This document shows, piece by piece, positions 12,879 to 27,393 of a stretch of DNA of 64,000 bases. Within the stretch, counting starts at the first letter, position 1. Each line of letters opens with the position of its first letter. The notes under the pieces are model-generated. The model ran no database searches. It was given only the letters and a program-made list of their open reading frames with translations, and was not told where the DNA came from. This DNA is from Botryllus schlosseri (taxonomy: Eukaryota), in assembly GCA_051294905.1 (NCBI GenBank), contig CM119372.1, positions 11,720,001 to 11,784,000 of the forward strand, in the 5' to 3' direction. Made by a program: the position numbers and the translations under genes.

Positions 12879-15436
12879 GTGCAGGTTTTTTTAATCGAAA
12901 TTGGCACGCACAGCACATTGACTTTGATATAATAGTTTTCATACTTTGTGGTTACATAGTTTGGCCAGAAGGCCAGTACATAAATTATTGACCCGTATAC
13001 TATCTCACATGTCGTAGGCGTACTATGATCTGTGTTTCTATTGATGTGGTGATCTGAACCACCATTCCAAGCGATAGTTTGTTCCGATGATGAATTACAA
13101 CAACGTTATCCTTTTCAGCTTGCGGGGATTTGTTTAACCGGTCCTGGATCGCGAGACAAGTCAGCGTTAAATTGCCGGATTGTCGAAATCTGTAACCTCT
13201 ACCTTATCACCCTCTGAAGCCGCAAGAAGATTACACTTTCCAATTATCTAATCCCTTAACCGCACCGCGCGAGGTCAATTTTTGATGTATCGCCGCTGAC
13301 ACGTGAGAAACTTAGTAAGAGATTAAAACGACCCATGGCCAGCATGCAGGCCCGATCGATTTGATCGACCTGTATTTTCTCCCAATATGGTAGTCTATTG
13401 GAATGTAGTTTCGAAGAGGTGTAAAAGTATACAACTATACATGCAAGTGGATTCGGTCATCTGCAATAGGACCTGTTTTCGAAAAAAATTTACCTAAGCT
13501 TTGTTCGTGAGATTACCATTAAGTTGTATATCGTTACCTGTCATTTCTGCACTTGAAGACAAATCAAAAGGAAAGTATACATGCCGGTAAAAATGTACCA
13601 TATAATTGGTAAAAGCCAATACTCCAATCAAAACATGTGTCGACAGCATGCAGGCTGACGAAAGCGATACGATTCACAAGTGGATGAAGATATCGATTAA
13701 GAAATTCGGAGGAAAACGTACCGCCTTATACATAGCTTGGTTACAGTTTAATTGGAACAGAAAAGCTGAATACGCGCATGTTACAGAGCTAGACGACTTG
13801 AGCGCTATAGAGGTAATTCAAAAGTGCATGTATACTGTATACAATGCGTAAATTTGACCACATAATGCATAATCGTCGTCGTCTCGGTGTACACTGTACA
13901 GTCATTGGAAAGTAGTTGCGTCAAGAACTGAACAAGTTTCCATATTTTTCGCACCTTGTGAGCAAAGCGATAGCTCGTCAATGATTGAACGATATTTGAA
14001 ATTTATTAAGATTATATTTGGAATGGATTCTTACGAGTTGATAAAAAGCCGGCAAATGTACTGGTTGTACTGTTTTAGATTTATTTCTATGAGTAGAATA
14101 TCTTATGTATAGTTCCTAAGTAATTCTCAATCAAATTTTAGGGAGTTCTTCATGAATTTATGTTAATTTTTGGTATTAAAAGTTATGTTCAAGAGATCAG
14201 ACACAGCGTTTGGTTTATTGCAAGACTGATTTTCCCCTGCTACCGAGAGAGACATATGAATTAACTAACGGTGAAATACCATAGCACCGTTATTTATTTA
14301 TATTCGTGCTATTGGTAGTTACGCATAACCTTAAATCTAGAAACTAATTCTTGCGACAAATACGATTGTGAAACATGTTTAGACTATCGTTCAATATTTA
14401 TACATTGTATAGTCAACTGTGTACATTGATATCAATATTGCAGAAATTCGTGTACGTCTTCGCAAGGTATTGCCGGATGCAAATAACCGCCGACCAATTT
14501 TCAACAGTTATACGATTGCGATTTCGCCTTCAGTATGTTTATTATCCTGCTTGTTGGATTTTCGCCCGGGGAATACGTGATATTAAGAATAAGTTTCGTA
14601 ACATCTGCTGTAAATAGGATATGAACAACGCAATCGATACTCAGTGACAAGTTGTGCGTTGTTATTGCTACTACTGTCAATGTGTATTCCACTCACTATG
14701 AATAATGCCGAATTTAAATGTTACCTCGTCAACCTCGTCGATTATTTCCGAGCTGATCCGAGATGTTTAAGCCTTTCATGATCATCAGATTTCGAGACTT
14801 TGCTGCGCTGTGTTTTCCAATGGTGCTGAGTCGCGTCGGCCATTTTGTTTCCGTCGTGCCGTTGCAAAATATTATGCTTCTTTTCCTTATACTCAATATT
14901 TTGTGACTAGTTTTTCATAATAAAACACACCCCGCACAAACACTGTTTATTTTATGTTTTCGATAGCGCTATCAGAACTGTAAAATATATGAATAAAAAC
15001 GCAATATTTACTAAACAATTCCTCCGAAGCTATCTCAAACTGCATCGCGACGTACACACATGTCTCCACATCTGTGTATATAGTTAGACATAGCCGCATG
15101 TGCAAGTCCACGCTATATATATGCACGTTTGAACCTGTCTATGCATTCGGAAGCGGCAAAATGATGAGACTACCGATGAAATATCATTCTTTGTATATAT
15201 CTTAGTTTATTCCCATCGGATGTGCAAGTGTCGAGTGGCAGGGTTTTGTTGCGCAGTGTCACTTGTGGGAATTGGGGATAAACACGAGCTGAATATTGTA
15301 AATTATGATTTGGACGTGATTAATCGTGGAGAAACGCGGCACGGGTATGGTCTCGCTGATGTGAAAAGAAAGTTCTAAACCTCGTGGGCGACAGAGTTCA
15401 GAACCGTCCGATACATGGTATTATTTACCTTTCAGC

Positions 15437-15992
15437 TTGGGGTGCATTTAAACAAAAGGTGTTTTAAAACACTTTGTTCAAAACATGTTTTAGGCAATGT
15501 TTGAAACAAATGCCTTTTACAAAAAACAAAATTGAGTCTTTTTTTCAAACGTTGTATAATTATGCTATAATTGTGTAAATAATTTCGAAAACCATTTAGT
15601 ATGAGCCTACGGACGATTTTCGCCCAATATAGTGGAAGTATACGATATAGAGTGATTGGAACCCTCGAGATCGTCGTCGGTTCGACAGTTATAGCATGTA
15701 GATATATAGATCTGGTACGGAATAGCTGTTCTGATGATGATGATGACCGCTGACCGTAAAAATGCTGCATAACGATGTAGTCCTGGTTAAAGATATTTTG
15801 GTCTGTTAATGTGGCGGAAGCCCTTTTCGTCGAAGGTGCCATATTTACCCTGTATTTTCAATTGTCAATGGCAATCCACTGTGACGTCTAAGCTAAAAAA
15901 AAAAAAAAAAGTAAATAAAAAACATGTTTTAAAGAAGGGCCCTGTTATAAACATGCTTGTTTTGAATTGATTTTTGTTTAAGTGTAACCCTA
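15437..15992 (-). mobile_element. MITE family A, copy 3 (long form, inverted)
   Basis: Decayed TIRs. TSD CTTTCAGC/CTTTTAGC (7/8). Carries an extra internal segment shared with the copies at 25485 and 59035-59300. Confidence 0.88.
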
Positions 15993-18900
15993 CTTTTAGC
16001 TATCTCCATAACGTTGGTCCTCCATGCCGAACTAGCAAAATTGCAGATTGGTCCTTGCAGGAACTATAATGTTATTTTGAAATTAAATATGACATGTTAA
16101 CTATGCACATACTTTGAATACAAATACATTCGTGTTTCAATTCAATAATACAGACCACATCATTAAAATTTAACACAAGTCCAGATTTGAAAACTCCGTA
16201 CTGTAATCATAAACTCATTATTTATTGAAATATTTTGATAATTTGCTAATCACTGCTCGTTGCCGCAGCAATGGCCTTTATGACTTCTCTACGAGTGGTA
16301 GCGCTGAAGAAGCTGTCAATGGTAACCAGTTGGACGTAACAGATTCACGTTCTGGTTAGATTTTTGGTGTACACAGGGTTGAGGGTTCTTGGCTATGTAT
16401 GATCTTACGGAGCACACCTGCCGGAACTTGAGACTGATACTGAGGCTTGAGACTCCGTGGATTAGGCACGGATCGTCAAAATATTGAAATATTGCAGAAA
16501 TATCACCATCTCAGACCCAAATTGTTTACAAACAATATATATAGCTTCGGTCTTTCTGTCCAAATTTATTATTAATATTATCATATTCTTTATTCACAGT
16601 AAAACTGGTAAATACACGCATAATCCGGGGAGCAACCTGCACCCAAAGGAAAAGGGCGAGTTTGGAGTAAATTTTCAAAATATCCGTAATACATTTAAAT
16701 TGTTATTTCTACGCAATACATGAAGAGGTCTGATTACAAAATTGCAGTAGATGAAAAATTGGCAATGGTTACAGAGCAGAGGTAGAGATGATTAAAAATA
16801 AAGAATCTAAATTACAGAAATTATGCTGCGATTCACAAGTGTAATTTTAGTCCAGTGGTGTATTCGAGGCCTTCCGAGGAATATGCACAGTACCCAATAG
16901 CGTCATCTTTTGGATCATGTCGAATCGAACGTCACCAGGAATTTGTTGGATATGTCTCATGAGTTTTTTGCTTACGACTCCTGTATAGCGCCAATGACTA
17001 TCGGTACAATGTTATTTTGCATCGCCATTATTATTAATTCTATAAATGAGACAATGTGGCGCTTATCACCTCATCGGTTTGGTGCGCCATACGGTTAGCA
17101 TTTCGTATCACAAGTCACAAGTCAATAGTCATAAGTCACTTACATATATGAATGGCCTAACTTATCAGATTGCTGTACAAATTTAAAACAGGACCAAAAC
17201 AATCCCCCTGTCCACTGTCAAGAGTTTAGTCTGAAGAAAAAGGATGATATGTATTGTCTTTTGGGAAGCGCACATAGTTCATACTTGACTGGTAGTTTTA
17301 TCCATACACGGTTTCATCTCACAAGATTAGGGCCCCCGGGCCCGGTATAACATTGTTCGATGTTAACGCTCCGTCTGCATTTATTTTGGCGCTTCCTCGC
17401 TTTTTCTATTCTATTCCCTGTGTTCATACTTCATCGAGTCTATCTCTGTTTGTTTTTCTTAACCAACTGCGCCAACTTCCGCGCTACCTAGCTACATCGC
17501 GCCTTCTCTAACGTTACAGTTTTTGAGCCTCTAGGTAGAATTTGAGGACCTATTGAAACTCATTTCATTAAATAATAAAGGATTAGATTGTGCTCAGTAT
17601 CAGCTGGTACATAGGCCTACTTTCTTACATCCTGAGAAAAGTCGCAGGTGTTACCAATGTTGCCATGCGCGCTCGGGGTAAACGGTTGATTAATATACTT
17701 TTTCGAATCGTACGGACAGCTCCCCGTAATAAATATAGTATCCTGATGTTTTGAAATAATAAAATGATTGAATTAACAGCCTAATGGTACTGAAAATATG
17801 GGCCGCTATCGTTTAATTTATGGCATATTTTCTGAATTTATTTTTCAACCAAATTTTTTTCTGAGAAGACCACCGTGTTGGGTATAGTGGCCAATAAGTG
17901 ACACGCGCAGAAAGGTTGGACGGACAAGTCGGACAATCCTATATTACACAAGTCGTTTTGTTGTTATGGTAGGATTTTTGTGATCTGTCTGGAACCCCTT
18001 ATCTTGCGCGGATAAAGTTGCCACTGGATAGACTAAATGTTAAACAGTTGTTAAAGCACTGTGCAAATGGATTGCCAAATGGCGTCGCAGAAAATATATA
18101 TAAGCCCTGATCTAAATCATATGAACATTTCGCATTGTCAGATCACACATTGTTGGGCGGTTCTTGGTTTTATAATGTTAATCCCTACTTTCAATAATTC
18201 AGGCAAGCGTCCGTCAGCTTGGAAAGTTGGTGCAGGGAGTTCGTGACTGCAAAAAGGTTGGACACTATTGATTACGCGTAGCGAATAATACAATACAGTC
18301 GTGTGTTGTGAAAATACTATAAATAAGAGATTTCAGTGGTATCAATGTCACTAAATCAATGATTTTTTGTAATGAATCATACTTTATAGAACCGACTAGT
18401 ACAATTGGTTGTCTGCCTCATCTCAATATCATGCATACCCACAAAAACATCGCATATTATCACTAGAAATGCATTTATTTGGATGTGTGATACTTGGGTC
18501 GCGAGATATGTTAATAGAACTTCAACTTGGGTTGCGCTCTGAAAAGTCTGAGAAGTGAGAACTACTGGAATCGGTGAATGGACGATCGTAACTAGCAAAA
18601 GACGTGTGTGTTGGCGACATCATGAGGGCATGTATAGTAATATCCGAGCACAGAACTCGTGGGTACAGTCACTGTGGGCAAAATGATTCGAGTACTACGT
18701 TTTATGATTCATGTCGATCATAGTGAGTGAACGCTGATTTTCCGAGTTCTGAAATCAAACGCATCTTGCGACTAAGAGTTAATTTTTCGACGATAATTAG
18801 GGTTCCGATTCGATATTATTTTACACCGTGGAAGGCTGTAAACCTCGATTTGTCATATCGCAGCACACCGCTACATGGTAATTGCAATGATCCAAATGCG

Positions 18901-19256
18901 ATCCGCGATGAGTTGTTTGAAATTCAAAACATAAAACCTACTTTAGAATGTTGCTGCATGGACTAAAACCATAGGCTGTATAAACTGAGGGGGAAATTCG
19001 TGTACTTTGAAGCCTGTTCATTAGTATGCCGCCATCGCGCAGCCTATATCGTACCTCGCATGGGAAATTTAGACTCGAAATAAAGTCAATGTGGCAAAGC
19101 ACTCCGTATTAAAAGTTACAAGAAGTCACTCTTTCCATATAGTTATTTCAAGAATTCTTTGTTGCCATTGTCACATTACGAATTACACGGTCGGTGCTTC
19201 AAATTGTTGCATGATACATTTCCAAATCTTTCATTCGTAAAACAAGTCAATCATGT

Positions 19257-19681
19257 TAGGGTTACATTTAAAACAAAAATCAATTTAAAACAAACTTGTT
19301 TAAAACAAGGACCTTGTTTAAAACATGTTTTTCTGGTTTGTTATTTTTGTTTGATTTTATGCCATGACGTCACGAATATTCAAGTGTGACGTCATGGTGG
19401 ATCGAAATTGACTATTGAAAGTATATAGGGTAAATATAACTTCTTTGACGACTATTTTGAGGGTCTCAACCATTCCATATCGCAAATATCTGCTATATCG
19501 GGTGGTAGTTGTCCGTAAGCTCATACAACATGATTTTTTAGAAAGTATTTACACAATTATGCCATGATTTTACAACTTAAAAAAGCACAATTTTGTTTTA
19601 AATGCCTTTGTTTAAAACACTGTTTAAATCATGTTTTGAACAAAGCGTTTTAGACAACCATTTGTTTTAAATGCAACCCTG
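19257..19681 (+). mobile_element. MITE family A, copy 4
   Basis: TAGGGTTACATTTAAAACAAA...TTTAAATGCAACCCTG. The body aligns by eye with copies 1 and 2. Confidence 0.9.
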
Positions 19682-20335
19682 CAATCAGTGCACGTGATTA
19701 CTATGAGCATCAGCCGTTAAGAATGAACGAGTATGCTAAAAAATTAAAGAAATCCCAAATCTGAAATGTAAAGGTCTGGAGCAATAAATATTTGTTTACT
19801 GGAGTCTAGGGTAAACCCGTCCTTTTAGTTCGTGACGAGAAGGTAGCTGTGTGGCGCATGATGTAAGTCGGTCCGACAAAAACACGAAGACAGACACTCA
19901 GTGAACGGAGGAAGAATTTCATGCGAACCGCAAGCTTCGCTCAACAAGGGTACATCGCAAAGCTGCACACTGAAAAACAGAGAACAAGACAATAAGATTT
20001 GTAGTATTGGACATCACAAATGAACGTCGCGAAATCTCAATCATTGCTCAAAAAACTACTATGAAAACCTTACCGTTAACATTGCTGGTCAACCTATTTC
20101 CAACTCGTAAAATGCGAAATCTGGGGGTTTTACCAGACTCGAACATGACCAGGAACAGTCACGCTCAGTAGCAAAAAACATTATCACATACATGTGGTCT
20201 GTTCTACAGTCATAGAGACTACATGCCACTCTGGGTCCTTCCAATGATTATTCCAATCAAAGTTACAATATGACATCATCTGCCGGGTGCTGCCACGCGC
20301 GTCCACGTCGTCCAACTGCCATATGACCGACGTAA

Positions 20336-20465
20336 AAGATTATCACTCTATCAAATACGTCGGACCTGCAGTGCGGAACAGCATCTCGCTGGCTATCCGA
20401 CAGCCGTCGAGCATGTCCACATTCAAGTCGAAATACGAAGCATTTCTACTGAATCAATACTATTC
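20336..20465 (+). mobile_element. Relic of the ORF2 C-terminus of a non-LTR retrotransposon (CR1/L2-group-like)
   Basis: Translates SIKYVGPAVRNSISLAIRQPSSMSTFKSKYEAFLLNQY, resembling the S-x-x-Y-x-G-P-x-x-W-N-S...F-K-x-K ending of such LINE ORF2 proteins (pattern recognition only). Confidence 0.55.
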
Positions 20466-21801
20466 AGTCATCAAGTTTACCGAACCACGACCTGGCATAT
20501 CGATCTTGCCTTCCGACACATGCCACCCCTTTTGCCGACTGTCCTTTGTACCAGTGGTTCTCAAACTGGGATCCGTTAGACAATTATTAAATACCGCGAA
20601 GCACCTTCCAAAAATTGACACGATCCTGAAAAATAATTGTGGGAGATAAGAATTTTGTGGCAACTTAATTTGCAAACTCGACGCTCGAAGGAGCCCAAAA
20701 TTACATCGTTAATCAGCACAAATTAGAGTATATTTAGAGTTATTCAACATGAGATTTTGTGACTGGGTATAGGCTACCCAGTCGAGAACACAATACGCGA
20801 AATTCCATGAAAATAAGTAACTGTGTTCGCAATTATGAGCGTATCGCTTGGGGTCATCGGGATTCTTTAGTCAAGAATTGTGCAACCTGCGGGTACATCA
20901 TCGGAATATTGACACACCAAGATAGATGAAGGTTTGGCCAACATGCGGCTCCGCAAAGTAGCGATTACCAATGGGCCCCTTGAATCTAACGCATTTTAAG
21001 ATCTTTGAGTCAATTTTCGAAGATATAATAGTTTTACTGGTAGCTCTGATCACGTGGGTATAGAGAGGATTAAAAATTCATGCAATGCGATAATATTGAC
21101 AACTAAAAATCTAAAAAAAAAATGATCTGATTTTTCGTAACAAAACTCGCGATTTTGCCGCTTACTAAGCGGATGAAAACTAATAAATAAGTTGTTGTGT
21201 TCGACATCAGCTGTTTCGGCTCGTTCGTTACTCGCGTGGCATCGTTTTTGCATCAGATGTATAAATTGGCAGAGACAAATTTACTCGAATAAAGGAAAGA
21301 GTGGATAGCTTGATCGAGCGTTTAATGGATAGAATGTGAATTTGAAGCAGTTGAATGAAGGCTAATTCACGATATTTGAGTTGAGTTGTCAAAACCTCAA
21401 CCAAACAGAGTCGAGCTGGTCGCAAATAATTAATCTACACCCGTCACATTGATATCATTAAAATCAAAGTGCTATTGTGCTGATTTTTAAGGGACAGTGA
21501 GTCATTTTTGGAAATTACAGGGGGAACATTGCGTGTGTGTTTTTTTTGAAAAGTATGGGAACCACTGTTTTATACTATATCTTCTTTTACTTTTCATTCA
21601 GTGTGCATGCCTCCTTTTTAGGTCGCCTAGGCCAGGTGGGTGTCTGATTTCAAGTCGTGTCGACCCTTTCCTATCTTTTCATTGTATCGTATAGTCTTGT
21701 GGTGTATTGAAATGATGAAATTGGCATTAATAAATCGAATAGAATTAGGAATCGATGAGTTTCCCATCACTTCCACTGGGTGACGCTATTAATCAATTTT
21801 T

Positions 21802-21870
21802 AGAGCTCTTCGAGGTACAGAACTTCAACACACAATTGAATAGTTGAAATGAACCCGAATATTTTCGGCT
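21802..21870 (-). mobile_element. Fragment of the Penelope-like terminal repeat
   Basis: TTGAAATGAACCCGAATATTTTCGGCT and GAGGTACAGAACTTCAA match 46953-47036 and the reverse complement of about 63905-63985. Only the 3' half of the hammerhead is present. Confidence 0.8.
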
Positions 21871-24800
21871 AATCAATGTCTGTGTCTCATGTCTTGGGAT
21901 TACTGACAAAAAATATTGCAGTATTTCGGCGCAACATAAACTGGCGATAGTGTGCCGGTAGGACATCAGATCATTACATTCAGCATTTTCGTGCTCTTAG
22001 ATGTCACGTCTATTGGTTGTCTCTATCTTTGAATTCAACACAACGGTGGTCAGGTCACTTTTTCGCTCTTACATTCGAAAATGCCTGGAGAATCCTACAA
22101 AAATATTAAGTTTATATGATGAAATGTTTATTAATGTGAAGACCCAATTCCGACTATACCACGTAAATTTACATGTGTGTTGTTCTTATGTCGAAGATTC
22201 GCGTTGATAATGAACTTAACCATGACATGAGACCGAGGCTATGATAGACTTCGACCTATATATAGTGCACAGAGCAAGGGCTTTTAAACATGTTTTTTTC
22301 TGTGGTCCAATTTTGGAAGACAATCTGCGCGGCAGAACCGAAATGTAACGATTCATAAAATGATAATAGAGACCGTCCGATGCTATGCATGCGCTTGATG
22401 ATTTCGACATGCTGCAGTTTCGACCTGACACATGAAACTATTGTCATAGAGCCCCAAACGAGGCACTGATGAACCAATTGCATGAAAACAAATGTGCCTA
22501 TCTGATTTCGTAACGTTTCCTTTTAAATTTCACCACGCCCGTTTGTTCCAAAGATTGTAGTTCAATGCACGCAATTTCGCAAATAAAATCGGCTAGGTTC
22601 GCCAAACTAAGCATAGAATGTTTTGTAATATGCTTTGTGGGCCGTTGGGTTAGCTGCCGAATTAGCAATAATATCCTGACTGGACTGCTGTCTGAATGTA
22701 TCTACTTTACATTGTGCCCGTGACGCTAACATCAAACCACGGGCAGTGAGGGAAATTATTCGTCTCAACAAATCACAAACTCGCGAAGAATATTACTTTC
22801 GCAGCAACCCACGAAGATACTGCCTTCGTCTCTTCAGTCTTGATAGACCGTTGTTAATGCGGTGATATGGGGCCGAAATGGAAACATCCCATTCTTCTCA
22901 TGGGATTGTTGCGGATCATACAAAAGATATATTTATTCTCCACGAGGTCAATCTTGGCTGAAAGAAACAAACCCCTGATGTGAATCGTAATTGACTTGTG
23001 TTTTAGGCGAATAACAGTTTCTGTTAGCTCATATAATGGAACGATCGTGTGATGGTATTACGTTGGGACTATTACGTTACAAGATACATATTTGCTAGCA
23101 GGGCTAACTTCGTGGAATGACTGAGTGTTCGATTTTCAGATTTTTCAGGTGAGATTTGTTCGAAATATCGCCATGACACAAGTGCATGACCTCGGTCTGT
23201 TAACCGGGTGATAGATATATAGAAGTGTCAACTGCGAACAGGATTGTAATTAGGATCGAATTCACCATCAAGATATGTAAAAGGTCAATACCAGGGCGAT
23301 TTTTTTACCTAAAAACCTGAAGATTTTGACCCCAAAACTTGATTTTGACAAAATCTTGCCCTCATGTATGTAAATTAGGCATGCATAATGTTACAATTTT
23401 ACTACTTATCTTCATATCTGGTTGGAACTGTATGTCCTTACGAAGTAGTTCGGCCTAAAAAATGACTTAAAAATTGACCAATTTTTATATAAAAAAAACT
23501 TCATTTTCATGAAACCTGGACCTATGAAGAATTCCAGTAGTTACATCACGCATTATGGTAGAAATAGATAAAATTTGTTGTAGTACAGTGAAAGATAATA
23601 TCCTACATTCTCGGGTAGAAAGTGTCTGTCCTTACTAAGTAACTTACCAAGAATGGAGATAGAACGTTTAACAGCAGCATAGTTGTTGACTGGCAACACT
23701 GAAGTTGTGCGAATGCGTGTACACTGCTGGTGACACGCCGTGTTGCTTCATTCTGACAATGTTGCCTACATCACAATTTTTCACCATGCGCTTCTTGATA
23801 TAAGAACCAATGCCCAAGCAGTCTTGCTTCAGTTAGGATATTGCGGTACGTTGAGCATAACACCAGTTCAACCTAATTGTTTCGATACAACTACAACGAT
23901 ATACCTATAAAGTAGGCTACAAGATGTAAAATGTGAAATGATAAGTTCACAGACACTGCAAACATCTTCGATGCAAACGAAATGCTTGTTGCAATTTTTT
24001 TTTTTTACTTTGTAAACAGTTTTGACGATTTTTTTATCATACGCTACAATTTTGACAAAAGTTTGACTGTTTTGACATGTCAACAAAAATCGTCATCACC
24101 AAATGAAGGCCAGGTTGCGACAGCATCATGACCTAATAACAGAAATTTAAGGACTCTATCCGTGAACAAGAGGGATAGAAGCAATACCCTCAATTTTCTA
24201 ACAATATGATAATAGCATTATTATAATTTTATACTTTTTAAAAGGATGACCACTGACCTGGCCTTTGAGACCATTGACCACTGTGACCAGTCTCGAATAA
24301 CAATTATGCATGGGGTAATGACTACAGCCACGCTTTGAGATAAGTGACAGCGCTTTGAATGGGATTTTACTGGAATGTTATTGCCTGTAGATGTTACTTG
24401 TTTGAATAAGACAGACCTTTAGAGCTCAATGCAAAAACGAAGGGTCAAATTACATTACGCATGAGCCTACAAATAATCGGGCCTGCAGAAGGGTTCGGTG
24501 ATGCATAAGCTGTGAACGTATTGCACAGTGAAAATATTTTATAAACACGCGCCAGCACGATTGTTATAATAAAATCAAAAATTCACTTCCGTCGTCCACG
24601 TCATAGGAGACTGCGTCGTGGCGAGTATGATTCCAAACCGTTCAAGTGGTTTATTTATAGGGCGATGATACTTTCGCTTTGTTATTGTCCAAATTAGCCC
24701 TACTCTGCTATATTCCGAGAAGTGATTTGCGTAAGGTGTTTTCACTTAGCCGATCCTTCGTGTTTATGTGCAATAATGCAGCATGTGTGACGTAATAATA

Positions 24801-25484
24801 GGAAAATTTCTGTCTTTATGGAAGCGGTCTAATCAGCCATATTGGGTTTTCGGTGTGACTTGCGATTCGTTGAAGCTTGACGAAACTACACCTTTGACTG
24901 CGTGTGCCAAATTAACATTCACACTTGTACGTACGTACAGTGTACGTACAAGTACAGTCATTCCTAAACCCACATGCTGATGCGGGCCGACATATGGACA
25001 TTGGAGATGCCAGTTACGATTGTTGCGATTATTTGTTGTTAGTTATTGAAGACCAGTCAGAATCATTGCACGACGGAGTCTTGAGTCTTTGGCATGTCTA
25101 TTACGAAACGAATAGTACTGATCTGTCGTCTTTAAGACACATACGAAATCGAAATCGTCAGTCTTCCAAAATCTAGAATCCAAATCTATACCAATACGCT
25201 GCGCGAAATTGCCGATCGTAGTACGTCACATACTTCATTAGTGTGCTGTAAAATAGTGACCGAGACGTTGGAAATTCCATTTAAAAATGAGAAGAAAAAA
25301 AACAGATACTTCCTTGAAGAGCAGAAGTCTATCCGTATTCTTCTAAAGATCCATATTGATGACTATCGGTTTGGTCAAGATTTCGGGTAAATTGCAACAT
25401 TTTCGTGAATGAAATTGTCAAAGCAATCAAGTAATCTATATTACGACCACAGAGAAGAGTCAGCAAACTTCAACCCTTTGCGAC

Positions 25485-25935
25485 TAGGGTTGCATTTAAA
25501 ACAAATGATTGTTTAAAAAAATTGTTTTTTTTGTTGTTGTTGTTGTATAATTGTGTAAAAACTTGCAAAAACCACGTTGCATGAGCCTACGGACGACGAT
25601 TACCGCCCAATATAGCCGACATATACGAAATGGGATGGTTGGAACCCTTGAAATAGTCGCTTTAACAGCTACAGTACGTAGATATAGATCATTGGTACGG
25701 AATGAATGTTCTGATGATGACGACCGCCGACCGTAATAATGCTGCAAGACGATGCAGTCCTGGTTAAAGATATTTTGGTCCGTATATGACAGGGATTGGA
25801 AGCCTATTTCGTCAAAGGAACTATATTTACCCTATATTTTCAATTGTAAATATCAATCCACTACGACGTCACAATTTAATATGCGTGACGTCATGGCTTG
25901 GAAAAATATTTAAAAAACATGTTTTAAACACAGCC
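25485..25935 (-). mobile_element. MITE family A, copy 5 (long form, inverted, one end lost)
   Basis: TAGGGTTGCATTTAAAACAAA at 25485. The body is homologous to 15437-15992. Confidence 0.85.
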
Positions 25936-26418
25936 CTATTTGGGACATTAGAGGCTAGTTTTAATATTTCATTCTCCATCAGCCGTATGGTACTCCATTT
26001 GAAAATGCTGACAGCAGTCGCGACTTTCAACAAAATATATCTGTTACGCTATTCATTTATCTGCACTTTCCAAAGCTGCTTAGGCTACTTTATTACTTTT
26101 TTGAAATCGTCACTCACTTTCTACGTCAGGTATGTTCTGGCCGGCGGTAGCATTGGCTACTTCCACGAAAGCAGAATCTTTCACCGCTACTTCCACTGTA
26201 ATTCCTTTTCAAGACAGTTCACGTCAGGCCGATATGTTTATACCTATGATTTCTGTAATAAATAAGCCCGCTCTAATATACATTCTAGTAACATCACTGG
26301 CTACATACTTTTACCCTGCCACCTCTCCGTTCATTATATTGGTGCGTGAATGCAAATCAAGAACAGACTTCACAGAAAGGGCTGAAAATGGACGCAACCG
26401 CATATTCCAATGTCAATC

Positions 26419-26424
26419 TTTATT
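26419..26424 (-). promoter_or_regulatory. Candidate polyadenylation signal of Hox4
   Basis: AATAAA on the minus strand about 320 nt downstream of the exon-4 stop. The hexamer is common in AT-rich DNA. Confidence 0.3.
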
Positions 26425-26740
26425 GGCAATCCATCCGATAAACATTCACCTCCATGTTACCACATCATATATAACGAGTGTTGTTACGTATAACGAAAGC
26501 TATGCATTCCGTAGATTGAACTAAATAAAAATGTGCCGTCTCATCGTAATTTATAGCTGTATATAATAGCAAAATAAAGGTCGCAGAGGATGGAGTCGCG
26601 TGGTTAAGCAATGCAATGAAGCCGCCTACACTATATTCAGGACAAAAGACTCTTGCATAGCGTTGCATCATATATATTTGTCAGCGGTGTGTGATATAAA
26701 TGGCTGAAATAGAAATGGCTGCATATCAGAGGACACGATC

Positions 26741-27393
26741 CTACGCGTAAAAGCTATTTGTCGAGGTATCTAGCGCTTTGTTCGTGACCCAAATGTTCGC
26801 CTGGTATCTCAAATTACCGCTCGCGCCCACTCCCTCGCGATGTCGACTGGGAAAAGACGCCAGGCTTACGCTAGAGTTTGCGTAACTGCCGATGCTTCTT
26901 CCCCAGCCCGCCGTGTCAGTTTCGTCGCTCAGTCGGAAGCTCGAGGAATACCGCGAATAAATCAATTCCGACGGTGTTTTCCTGGGACTCCGACCGTCTC
27001 GCGATTTTCCGGTAAGCGACGGAAAACTAGTAGGCCGCTTGAACCATACACTATCAACACCTTTATCTCGAAGTTTGCCATAGCCGCTGTCGACAGCGCC
27101 ATCCGGACAGGAAAACGACGACGCAAAGTTCGGGCGGTGGTGATGCACGGACGATGGCGTGGAAACGAACTGCAGAATGTCATACGAGGTTTCCTTTATT
27201 GGTATGTCGATAGATGGTACGGGAGGGTGTTGATAGGCACTCCTTGACCCATGTACGCCGGCGGAAGCGCCGGCTGCCGAAGCTGAAAGCCCGGTGACGT
27301 AAGCTGATCCGGCCAGCCTACCGTTGCCGTCGGTGGGCTCGTAAAACTCATCAGACTTCGGTGCAGCATAGAAGTCGGGCTCTGGGAATCTAC
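26741..27393 (-). CDS. Hox4: Putative Hox4 coding exon 4 (after 59-nt mini-intron 27452-27394)
   Basis: The GTAAGA...CTTAAC...GACCAG intron joins in phase to a 653-nt stop-free frame, (G)[24 protein letters not shown]...VHHHRPNF...TNSFYA*. This frame contains track ORF 26741..27148 and has four stops inside the intron. The polypyrimidine tract is weak. Confidence 0.7.

Noticed and set aside
25496..26524. ORFs of 83-159 aa, also 15432..15842 and 49275..49634
   Set aside because: They largely overlap MITE family A copies or the antisense of the Hox4 3' flank. No transposase motifs.
26840..27247. 135-aa plus-strand ORF antisense to the Hox4 3' exons
   Set aside because: Explained as a shadow ORF of GC-rich coding sequence on the opposite strand.
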